Positions 11,280 to 20,800 of a DNA stretch of 36,016 bases are shown here, one piece after another (position 1 is the first letter of the stretch; each line of letters opens with the position of its first letter). The stretch is taken from assembly GCA_051439505.1 (NCBI GenBank), contig JBFRWI010000119.1:1-36016 (forward strand), read 5' to 3'. A program made the translations under genes and the position numbers. Origin of the DNA: Hormoscilla sp. Its GTDB lineage: Bacteria > Cyanobacteriota > Cyanobacteriia > Cyanobacteriales > Desertifilaceae. The notes under the pieces were generated by a model. It made no database searches and was not told the DNA's origin. It was given only the letters and a program-made list of their open reading frames with translations.

Positions 11280-12470
11280 TTAACGATGCTTGCGAATGGG
11301 AGTGCCGCAAGGATAGGTGGCTACGGGTTCAAGCACGGTCTCGCCAACATTAACCAGTGGCTTTTCAGCAGATTTAATCTTTGCCGCTTGATAGTCTTGC
11401 CGCAGTTTGGCCATCATGGCTGGCAGCCGATCGTACAGTCGCTTCCGGGGACGGGGCGTGCATTTTTTCATCACGTAGGCTGTCATAATTGGAAGGGCGA
11501 TCGTGCTATCAGTGTAGCAGACAATGGTGCTGGGTAACTCATCGGGGTCAACTTTACCCCAACTGACGGCTTCGCTGGGGGTGGCACCAGATAAACCCCC
11601 CGTATCCGGACGGGCATCGGTAATTTGAATAAAATAATCGTGCCCCCGTTCTTCCAGTCCCAAAACTTCGTGCAACTGGGGTTGGGTTTGCAGCAGGAAG
11701 TTTTTGGGAGAACCGCCGCCGATAATTATGGCTGCGCTTTTACCTTCGATACCAGGAATGTCAGTAGCACGGGCCCCATAGGCGATCGCCGCTGTTTCAT
11801 TCACATCGATGGACGGATCGATAAATAACTGAGAACCTTCCAGGGCCATTGCTGCCACATTCATGCCAATGGAACTATCCCCAGGAGAAGAAGTGTAGAT
11901 CGGCACGCCGCATTCATAGGCCGTAGCCAACAGGCAAGAATTCTGAATTCCCAAGCGCTTTTCCATCTCCCAGACATACTTACCCAGCAGATGGTGAAAC
12001 TCCGCCGTTCCCATCCGCTTCTGAAACGCGGGTGCCCGTAAAATCTCCCGAATGAACGCATCCGTTTCCAGCAGTACATCGTAGTCAAACACGATATCGT
12101 AAATGCGGATCCGTCCCTCTTCGCGCAGCTTCACATCATCCAAAAACGGACTACTCGCATACAGACTCATTCCCAACCCGTAATGCAGGTCGTGATAAAG
12201 ATTTGCACCCGTGCTGATCATCCAGTCAATGAAACCGTGGCGCATTAGAGGTGCGAGAATACCCACGCCAAAACCCGCTGGTGTCATGGCACCCGACAGA
12301 CTCACGCCGACAGTCACGCCCTCTTGCATCACATCACGACTCAGTAAATGACAGATTTCCCGCAGACGCGCCGAATTGTATGCCGTGAAATAGCCGTCGA
12401 TTAAATCAACGACTGTGATTTCATTGGGCATGGGGGCGGGTGCGATTTTGCGATCGAGCAATTTTGACAT
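11280..12470 (-). CDS. speY: Deoxyhypusine-synthase-like homospermidine biosynthesis protein
   Basis: SGAMTPAG, STGANLYHD, SSPGDSSIG, GGGSPKNF and GGLSGATPSEAVSWGK (catalytic Lys) motifs; SD GGGAG. Confidence 0.88.
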   Translation of the reverse strand: MSKLLDRKIAPAPMPNEITVVDLIDGYFTAYNSARLREICHLLSRDVMQEGVTVGVSLSGAMTPAGFGVGILAPLMRHGFIDWMISTGANLYHDLHYGLGMSLYASSPFLDDVKLREEGRIRIYDIVFDYDVLLETDAFIREILRAPAFQKRMGTAEFHHLLGKYVWEMEKRLGIQNSCLLATAYECGVPIYTSSPGDSSIGMNVAAMALEGSQLFIDPSIDVNETAAIAYGARATDIPGIEGKSAAIIIGGGSPKNFLLQTQPQLHEVLGLEERGHDYFIQITDARPDTGGLSGATPSEAVSWGKVDPDELPSTIVCYTDSTIALPIMTAYVMKKCTPRPRKRLYDRLPAMMAKLRQDYQAAKIKSAEKPLVNVGETVLEPVATYPCGTPIRKHR

Positions 12471-12689
12471 TTTGATACTCCCAGAAACGCGAACAGCATA
12501 AAAGACAGTTCTTCGTAAATTTCACAAATAGCCAAATCTAGGCTTTTTGGGGATGTACCCCAAAAGCCCCATCGAACCGAGCTATTGCACATTTAGACGC
12601 ACCTTAAGTACGCCTCATTAACAGCCGATAATTCTCGCCAGTAAGCTATGAACTGGCTACGCAAGTTGCAAATTTCTAGTTAAAGTAGA

Positions 12690-12773
12690 TGCACCGCTTG
12701 ACCGACCCAGTTCGCGGATCCGGCAGGTAGCCGGAAATAGCGAACCTTCACTTGCAGGCCGGTCAGATGGTAC
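12690..12773 (-). promoter_or_regulatory. Nested RNA stem-loop in the speY leader
   Basis: UGACCGGCC/GGUCGGUCA, GGUUCGC/GCGAACU and UCCGGC-UACCU-GCCGGA nested helices. Confidence 0.6.
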
Positions 12774-12840
12774 TAGGCGCTTCACAGCGATCGGTCCAAG
12801 ACAGCCCGGGATCGCACCTACGCTTGCGCTTCAATTTCAT
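12763..12840 (-). CDS. Putative 25-aa leader peptide MKLKRKRRCDPGLSWTDRCEAPSTI upstream of speY
   Basis: ATG at 12840, TGA at 12765-12763; GGAGAGG upstream inside a GGATACC/GGTATCT hairpin; extended -10-like TGcTACAGT at 12942-12934. Confidence 0.5.
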   Translation of the reverse strand: MKLKRKRRCDPGLSWTDRCEAPSTI

Positions 12841-13019
12841 TTCCAGATACCAAAGACCTCTCCAAGGGTATCCGGTTAAAGCTGGGAAGTCCAATTTCTG
12901 TTTTGTCCCACGAATATGACTACAAGCATTTTTACTGTAGCACTTATCTTACCCCGCGATCGCCCTAAATTCACCCAATTTTTCAGCCAGTCATCTCCGC
13001 AAAAATAGCTAACTGCCTC

Positions 13020-13541
13020 TTATCCCGTCATTTCCTTGACAGATTTGTCGTAGCTATGGTATACATCTGCTCCGAAGCAGACAAAAATTACCTGGGCGAT
13101 CGCCCGATCGCTTTCCAGGAACTGCTTCACTTCCCTGAGGGCGATCGGGGCTGCCCGATCCACCGGAAATCCATAAGCACCGGTGCTGATCGCCGGAAAA
13201 GCAATTGTTTTTATCTCATAGGACTCAGCTATTGTCAAGCAACTGCGGTAACATTGTGCTAGCAGTTCCTCTTCTGAGTTGTCGCCACCCCGCCAGACGG
13301 GACCGACTGTATGGATGACCCATTTTGCGGGCAGGTGATAACCGCTAGTAATCTTCGCTTCACCGGTGGCACAACCGTTGAGAGTCCGACATTCTGCTAA
13401 AAGTTGGGGTCCGGCGGCACGATGAATGGCACCATCAACCCCGCCACCACCGAGTAGGGAGCTATTAGCAGCATTGACAATAGCATCCACCTGTTGTTTG
13501 GTAATATCCCCTTGCAGGATCTTGATTCTTTCTAGTACCAT
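13020..13541 (-). CDS. ymdB: Macrodomain O-acetyl-ADP-ribose deacetylase (YmdB-like)
   Basis: GDIT...[33 protein letters not shown] and [12 protein letters not shown] motifs. Confidence 0.92.
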   Translation of the reverse strand: MVLERIKILQGDITKQQVDAIVNAANSSLLGGGGVDGAIHRAAGPQLLAECRTLNGCATGEAKITSGYHLPAKWVIHTVGPVWRGGDNSEEELLAQCYRSCLTIAESYEIKTIAFPAISTGAYGFPVDRAAPIALREVKQFLESDRAIAQVIFVCFGADVYHSYDKSVKEMTG

Positions 13542-13603
13542 TTGACAAATGTTAGATAATCGGTGATTCTATTATTATCGATCGCAAGAGGTAATGTCGG
13601 AAA

Positions 13604-14239
13604 TTGATGGGAACTAATACTCAGACAGAACAGCAGTTGACTGCCGATCAGTATCGGCGGAAGATGGCACGACGCAAGCAAGTGCAAGATGAACGAGTGG
13701 CGGCGGCGTCCCAGGAAAAGGGGTTGATCGTTGTTAACACGGGTAATGGTAAGGGTAAGACGACGGCGGCTTTGGGTATGGTCATGCGATCGCTCGGTCA
13801 CGGCTATCGAGTGGCGATCGTCCAATTCATCAAAGGAGCCTGGGAACCAGCAGAAAAGGAAGTTCTCAGCCATTGGGTTCCCCACCAGCTAGAATTCCAC
13901 GCTCTGGGAGAAGGCTTCACCTGGGAAACTCAAGATAGAGAGCGCGATATCCAAATAGCTCAGCAAGCTTGGGAAAAAGCCCTCGACTTTATCCGCAACC
14001 CCGAGTTTAAGTTACTGCTACTCGATGAAATTAATGTTGCTCTCAAACTGGGTTACCTGAACGTCGAGTCAGTTTTGGCTGGGTTAGAGCAAAAACCCCC
14101 TATGTCTCACGTTATCCTCACGGGTCGAGGGGCCCCAGCACCATTAATTGCCCGAGCTGACTTGGTAACCGAGATGACTCTCATTAAACATCCCTTCCGC
14201 GAACAAGGCGTCAAAGCTCAACAGGGAATTGAATTTTGA
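13604..14239 (+). CDS. cobO: Cob(I)yrinic acid a,c-diamide adenosyltransferase
   Basis: NTGNGKGKTTAALG, VQFIKG, LLDEIN, ILTGR and KHPF..G..AQ.GIEF motifs. Confidence 0.94.
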   Translation: MMGTNTQTEQQLTADQYRRKMARRKQVQDERVAAASQEKGLIVVNTGNGKGKTTAALGMVMRSLGHGYRVAIVQFIKGAWEPAEKEVLSHWVPHQLEFHALGEGFTWETQDRERDIQIAQQAWEKALDFIRNPEFKLLLLDEINVALKLGYLNVESVLAGLEQKPPMSHVILTGRGAPAPLIARADLVTEMTLIKHPFREQGVKAQQGIEF

Positions 14240-14390
14240 TAATGGCTAATTGCTAATTGTTCATTGCTAATTGTTCATTGTTCATTGCTAATTGTTCATT
14301 GCTAATTGTTCATTGCTATTGCCATTAACCATTAGCCATTAGCCATTAGCCATTAGCCATTAGCCATTAGCCATTAGCCATTAGCCATTG
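14240..14390. repeat. Opposed STRR-type heptamer arrays between convergent genes
   Basis: About 11 TAATTG(C/T)/TCATTG(C/T) units at 14240-14321, then CCATTAG x8 plus 2 variants at 14322-14390. Confidence 0.9.
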
Positions 14391-15474
14391 CTGGGAGGAT
14401 AACGCGCACAGTAGTTTCTTGACCGGGGATGCTTTCGAGGATTAATTTTCCTCCGTGTAATTCAGCCAGACGTTTAGCAATGATTAGTCCAAACCCCGTT
14501 CCTTGTTGTTCGTAAAGTTTGCGATCGAATTGCATATAGGCTCCCACCTTATCTATATACTCTGACGCTATCCCCCGCCCCCGATCGCCGATCGTGAGAG
14601 TAAAGTAATTATTTTCATTTCTACTCACGACCCGCACGGGAGTTCCCTCAGCGGAAAACTTAAAGGCGTTTTCTACCAGTTCTTCGGCAATCTTTTTCAG
14701 CCTTGCTTCTGAAATATTGACTAGACTCTCTTGCAAATATAAGTGCAAGTCTGCTTCCCGGTTAGCTGCTATAGCTTTAGCTCTGCTCACCTCAGCAATA
14801 ATAGTTTTGCTGTTGTTAATCTGGTGAGAACGGAGCATTTTAAGTCCCTCTGGGTTAGTTGCCATAAGCTCCAGTTCTGCGTACAGCAAAAAATTATGAA
14901 TTAGCTGAGATAAGCGTTCTCCCGAAGTATTTATGTACTCTCCTATCTCTCTAATTTCCGATGGTTCTATCTCCTCGGCTTCGTTAATCAAAAGTTCTGA
15001 AAAACCCAGAATACCTTGCAGGGGAGTCCGCAGCTCGTGGGGGAGTGATAAGGTAATATTACTACGTAATTCCTCTAGTTTATCCTGGGCATTTTTCTGG
15101 ACTGCTGCCTGTTTTTTCAGTCTCGTAGAGATCGCCTTCAGCAGTTCCTCTTGACTACAGGGTTTTGTCAGATAGTCATCTGCACCTAGTTCCATTCCCT
15201 GACGCTGATCGATTTTGGTGGCTTTCGCTGTCAGAAAAATGAACGGGATCGTTTCCGTTTCTGGGTAGGTCCGCAATTTCTGCAACACGCCGTAACCATC
15301 CAAGCAAGGCATCATGATATCACACAAAATCAAATCCGGTCGCTCTTGCACTGCCAGTTCTGCCCCGATCGCGCCATTTTCTGCTTCTAGCACAGTAAAG
15401 TTCTCCTCTAAGAGCAGTTCGATCAGATTTTCCCGGATAAATTCGTCATCTTCTATTACTAAAATTTTTATCAT
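14374..15474 (-). CDS. Hybrid response regulator/histidine kinase (REC-HisKA-HATPase)
   Basis: ILVIEDD, LILCDIMMP, FLTAK, TKP; HELRTPL, ENAFKFS, DRGRG and GTGFGL motifs. Confidence 0.92.
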   Translation of the reverse strand: MIKILVIEDDEFIRENLIELLLEENFTVLEAENGAIGAELAVQERPDLILCDIMMPCLDGYGVLQKLRTYPETETIPFIFLTAKATKIDQRQGMELGADDYLTKPCSQEELLKAISTRLKKQAAVQKNAQDKLEELRSNITLSLPHELRTPLQGILGFSELLINEAEEIEPSEIREIGEYINTSGERLSQLIHNFLLYAELELMATNPEGLKMLRSHQINNSKTIIAEVSRAKAIAANREADLHLYLQESLVNISEARLKKIAEELVENAFKFSAEGTPVRVVSRNENNYFTLTIGDRGRGIASEYIDKVGAYMQFDRKLYEQQGTGFGLIIAKRLAELHGGKLILESIPGQETTVRVILPAMANG

Positions 15475-15970
15475 TACTTTCTACCTCAACTGCCTTTAAT
15501 AAAATAGCAACTGTTGAAAACATTTAGGAGCGACTACTGAACAAATCTCCTTGCATTAAAATGCCTTTGATATTTTCAATAATAACCCGAACGACTACTT
15601 TTGACCGAACTCGTAGGAGCGATCGCCCTGCTAAAAAATGAAAACAGATATGGTCGATCATTTGCTTCTCGAAAAATATAACTAGAGGATAGACTACAAC
15701 ACTTCACTCCGAACTCATTGATAATGTTATCTAATCTTTGTTAAAATCTCATACTGATTTCCTCACTGCTGCTGTACCATCTTCATCCCACCCATGGCCG
15801 CTTTTAGGTATTTTTTCTAGATCTCGACCATTGTGAGGATAGAATCATATCATATTTTTCCTCGGCGGCGATCGCTCTTCTCTTCCCAATATTTTTGTCA
15901 TTTTAGGCATCCCTGATGACATCGCATTTATATTCTAAACATCAAGCCTGAGCGCTGTCAAGGGTTTTTG

Positions 15971-15986
15971 TGTGATCTTCATCACT
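15971..15986. promoter_or_regulatory. Putative CRP-family (SyCRP1-type) binding site
   Basis: TGTGA-tcttca-TCACT matches TGTGA-N6-TCACA at 9/10, upstream of the GAF remnant. Confidence 0.45.
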
Positions 15987-16037
15987 TACTTCCGAGCGGG
16001 AGTTAATAATTGTGCTAAAATGTAATCCTCAATAGGA

Positions 16038-16288
16038 AATGAAGCTGTCGGGGATCTGGGGCAAGTTCTCGAAACCGATCGAGTAGCGATTTACCGCTTC
16101 TAACCGGAGAAAAGTAATATAGTGCTTGCCTCGGAAACTAAGCTATTTGTATGTAAAATATTGAAACCATCTGCGATGACAAATGGGTTGAGGATTACCT
16201 GGGTTTTCTCCGGAGGATCCCCCAGTTCGTAGAATTTATGAGTCAGTTTATGGATCGCGAACAGCTAGCTGCCACCCAAGTAGGTGGG
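16038..16288 (+). pseudogene. Degraded GAF-domain gene remnant
   Basis: EAVGDLGQVLETDRVAIYRF* (GAF DRV.IYRF motif), in-frame stops and frameshifts, and a GAF-end-like QLAATQVG just before the MITE. Confidence 0.55.
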
Positions 16289-16481
16289 GGGTGTGGTCAA
16301 AACCCGTTGATCCTGTATGGGATAATCCCAGCCGCCGGCTCCGGCCAATTTCTCGGACACACCGGACGCACCGGACACGGAGAGAGGGGACACACCGGAC
16401 ACACCGGACGCACCGGACACACCGGACGAATTGTTAAAAACATACCCTTGAAAGCCCCAACCCCGGGTTTTGACCACACCC
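16289..16481. mobile_element. MITE with 18-bp perfect terminal inverted repeats and an internal 9-mer array
   Basis: gggtgtggtcaaaacccg ... cgggttttgaccacaccc; GGAC(A/G)CACC units at 16355-16428; same ends as the element at 32873-33047. Confidence 0.75.
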
Positions 16482-16687
16482 TTATAGAACAGATCGCCCC
16501 CATCAACAGAGCAAGTAGGAATTGATAAGAACATGTATAACAAATATGCTAAACCCAGTATTTACCCAGAAGGCTATCCAAGCTTAAGCGATGAGGAGAT
16601 CTGCTTTGGGTAGAAATTAAGTATAAAGGGATACAATCTGAGAGGAAAAAGTGACCAACTGTGCGGGTGCATCCGGTGTTTGGCAAT

Positions 16688-16746
16688 CTAGCCCGCGCAG
16701 GCGGGCGAAGGGATCTGTAGCCGGACCATGCACGGGTTCGGGCGGC
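16688..16746 (+). repeat. Dispersed repeat TAGCCCGCG.AGGCGGGC...CTGTAGCCGG...GGGTTCGGGC
   Basis: Second copy at 30057-30110. Confidence 0.7.
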
Positions 16747-17420
16747 GACGTCAATATGAGATGCACCCAACTGCGCTCAGATTATGCCGCCGTCGGGACA
16801 AGCAGGTATGATAAAATGTAGAGACTCCCAAATTGGTTTGTTACCACCAAGACGGTGGTACAAGTCGCTCAGATCTGATAGGATAAGATACCGGAGGCAA
16901 AAATCGGCGTTGCACAATTATGGGGTGATTGGTGACCAGTGACTGCTCGGGCTCTCCTCTTTGGTGCGACTACGATGTCTCGGGGGTAGTGCGAATAGGA
17001 GATACCGAGTACCATGGCTTGACTAGCATAGATGCTGAGGAGAATAAATATCTATATCTTGCGAAATAGATGGGATTACTAATTAACAAGCATTGGCGTT
17101 GCACCCGAATCGGGGATGATAGTTGTCAGTTGTCAGTTGTCACGAGCGGCTATGGCGATCGGGCGATTGACATAACCGTTATCCCGACAATAGACAATTC
17201 TCGATCCACACTCCCAAATCTCATTCATGCAGGGGGAAAGTCATTGAGAGCAAGGGTTTCAGCATAAGGAACCTAGCAAGTTAATACGCGAGCGCCGGTC
17301 AAAAGTTGGGAAAATTTTAGTATGGTGCAACGCCGCAGATTCTCTCTCCAAGCTCGAAGATAAAATGGGATAATTGGCAGATGATATATTGTAGAACCAG
17401 GATTGAAAAAAGGAGAAAAA

Positions 17421-17804
17421 ATGCCTAGGAAAATTATAGTAGTAGATGACGAAAGGCTGATATTCAAGCTGTTTAAGATGTATTTTCGAGAAAAAATCAA
17501 AGCTAAGGAATATGAATTTATTTTTGCCAGCAATGGCAAAGAGGCCCTAGAGAAACTGCAAACAGACAGTGAAATAGATATGATGCTAACGGATATAAAT
17601 ATGCCGGAAATGGATGGGCTGACATTGTTGGCAAAGATGAACGAAATAAAGATGAACATTAAAACCGTAGTGCTATCGGCATATGGGGATGTGGAAAATA
17701 TGACAAAGGCGACCGACCTGGGTGCTTTTGATTTCTTAAACAAGCCAATAGATTTTAAGCAGTTAGAAAATATTATCAGTAAGGCATTAGAAGAGGAGAG
17801 GTAA
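17421..17804 (+). CDS. Stand-alone response regulator receiver protein
   Basis: IIVVDDE, LTDINMPEMDG, LSAYG and LNKP motifs; SD AGGAG. Confidence 0.9.
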   Translation: MPRKIIVVDDERLIFKLFKMYFREKIKAKEYEFIFASNGKEALEKLQTDSEIDMMLTDINMPEMDGLTLLAKMNEIKMNIKTVVLSAYGDVENMTKATDLGAFDFLNKPIDFKQLENIISKALEEER

Positions 17805-17885
17805 AAATCAAAAGGGGGGATGAGGTTCAGAGAGTTGGGGATTGAGGCATCTCAGAAAAAGGATAGAATTAAGCAAAAAGGAATT

Positions 17886-20800
17886 ATGATGATGGCGATC
17901 GCCTCCTATGAGATAAGGGAAAAAATATATGAAAGTGCCAAGTCCCTGGTATATAGGGGCTCCAGGCAGTCAGATGGGCAACCAGCGATCCTCAAAATGC
18001 TGAAGGATGACTATCCGACAAGTGCGGAACTGACTCGCTTAAGACAAGAATATGAAATCATCCGCTCTTTAAATATAGAAGGGGCGATCGCAGCCTATGA
18101 GTTGCAAAAATATCAGAATACCCTGGTGCTAGTATTGGAGGATTTTGGCGGGTACTCATTGAAACAATGGCTGGGCGAGCGGCAGTTGACGGTAGCAGAG
18201 TTTCTGACAATTGCCATTAAAATAACGGCGGGATTGCAGGGGATCCACGCGGCGAACATCATCCATAAGGATGTGAACCCGGCAAATATCGTGTTTAACT
18301 CAGAAACCGGGCAATTAAAATTCATCGACTTTGGGATTGCGACGAGATTATCGCGGTCAAAGCAGGACCAGATCGATCCCTTAGGATTGGAAGGCACGCT
18401 GGCCTATATATCACCGGAACAAACGGGAAGGATGAATCGATCGCTGGATTACCGGACGGATTTTTACTCCCTGGGAGCAACCTTTTATGAATTGCTCGTG
18501 GGACAGCCGCCCTTTACAGGTAACGATGTCATGGAGTTGATCCACTCTCAAATCGCGATCGAACCAGCTCCTCCCCATCTGCTCAGGAGTGAGATTCCCC
18601 AAACAATTTCAAACATCGTCATGAAATTGTTGGCAAAAGCACCGGAAGAGCGCTATCAAAGTGCCTGGGGAATCAAAGCGGATTTGGAAACCTGTCGGCA
18701 TCAGCTGCTTGAGACAGGGGAAATTGCCGATTTTATTCTGGGTCGCCAGGATATTTCATCCCAATTTCAAATTCCCGATCGACTATATGGCCGGTCGGTA
18801 GAAGTGGAAAGCTTACTGATAGCCTTTAAGCGCGTGCGTCGGGGGAGTTGCGAGATGATGCTAGTTAAGGGTTATTCGGGCATCGGCAAGTCAACTCTCG
18901 TGCGGGAAATATCCAAACAGATTACTAGAGAGGGGGGGTATTTTATCACTGGCAAATTCGACCATTTTCAGAGTAAGATGCCTTACTCGGCTGTAATCAG
19001 GGCCTTTCAGGGATTAGTGCGGCAGCTACTGGCCCAAAGCCAAGGGGATCTCGACCGGTGGAAAGAAAAACTCCTGGCTGCTTTGGGTCCGGACGGACAG
19101 GTGATCGTCGATCTGATTCGGGAAGTGGAACTGATTGTGGGCCCGCAGCCTCCGGTACAGTCCTTGGCCCCAGGATCCTCGGAAGTTCGCTTGCATCTAG
19201 TCTTGTCAAATTTTATCGGGATATTTTGCTCTCGGGAACATCCCTTAGTTATCTTTCTGGATGATTTACAATGGGCTGACGGGGCGACGCTGAAATTAAT
19301 AAAACGGATCCTCAGTCCCGGAAATCAGAAATATTTGCTCTTTGTTGGTGCCTATCCAGATAACGAGGTTAACTCTAACCATCCCCTAGAGCGCGCCCTG
19401 AAGGCCATCCGCTCTTCAGGAGCGATCGTTAACGATATTACCCTATCTCCCCTCGGGCCCGAGGAGATTACCCAACTAATTGCCGACAGCTTGCATCAGG
19501 ACCCTCAAAGGGTCACACCCTTAGCAGAACTGGTGCGCCGGAAAACCAACGGCAACCCCTTCTTCGTGCATCAGTTTCTCAGGTTGCTGTATGCGGAAAA
19601 CTTGCTGACCTTCAACCAGCATCAGTCGGAAGGATCTCCAGGAGAGTGGCAATGGGACTATGGTAAAATTGAGGCCAAGAGCATCACTGATAATGTAATT
19701 GATTTGACGATCGCCAAGTTACAGCAGCTGCCAGTAGGGACGAGACAGGCTTTATGCTTGGCAGCCTGCTTGGGCCATAAATTCGATTTAACGACTCTGT
19801 CAATTATATTGGAAAAATTTGCCCCGGAAACCTTCGGTGACCTGGTGCCAGCGATTCAGTCAGGACTGATTATCCCCATTTGCAATTTAGACGAGATCCA
19901 AACAGACTTACTGGACGTGCCCCTGTTGACCCTTAATTATAAATTCCGGCACGATCGGGTGCGGCAGGCAGCTTACAATTTGATTGACGAGTTGCAAAAA
20001 GCAGCAGTGCATCTCAAGATTGGCAGACGACTGCTCCAGCGTCTCTCAGAGCAGTCATCAAGCGAAAAAATTTTTGAGTTGGTTACCCATCTAAATCTGG
20101 GTCGGGCCCTGATAACAGATTCCCAAGAACTAATGCAGTTGGCACAATTAAATTTAGCAGCCAGTCGCAAAGCGACAGAGGCAACGGCCTATAGCGCCGC
20201 CCACTCCTATTTAATGGCCGGGATGGCAAGTTTACCGGACAACAGCTGGAATGTGGATTATGACTTGACTTTGGCAATCTACAGACAAAGGGCAGAGGTG
20301 GAGTATTTGAATGGCAATTTCGAGCAGTCCTTAGCCCTGATTAACATAATTCTGACAAATGCCAAATCGGTACTGGAGGTGGCAGATGTTTATAAGCTGC
20401 TGACCGTGCAATATACTCTGCTGATGCAACATGCAGAGGCCATTCAAGCCAGTGCCGTGGCGCTTTCTTCTCTGGGAGTTCAGTGGCCATCTGATGACTG
20501 GCAAGAGGCCCTGGAGGTAGAAATGGCCGCAGCCACCAGAAATTTGCCCCGAGGGGCGATCGCTAATGTGCTCGATGGACCCCAGATGACAGATCCGTCG
20601 AAAAAGGTAGCGGTGCAATTGTTGGAGAACCTGATCGCCACCGCTTACCAATCAGATCAAGGGCTTATGGATTGGATTGTCGTCAAAATCGTTAATCTTT
20701 CTCTAGAATACGGTCATACTCCCGAATCCTGCTTGGGCTACTCTGCTTATGGCATGTTACTGGGTTCGTTGTTTGGGGATTATCAATCGGGGTATGAGTG

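Noticed and set aside
12655..12768. Antizyme-like +1 frameshift or readthrough at AUC-UGA-C fusing the uORF to speY
   Set aside because: Readthrough meets another UGA after 4 codons and the +1 frame stops after about 35 codons, far short of speY
16355..16428. CRISPR-like appearance of the GGACACACC repeats
   Set aside because: Contiguous 9-mers with no unique spacers and no cas genes
16238..16543. Three overlapping small ORFs with GHT/CPV/SGV repeats
   Set aside because: They are translations of the MITE tandem repeat, with no independent coding evidence
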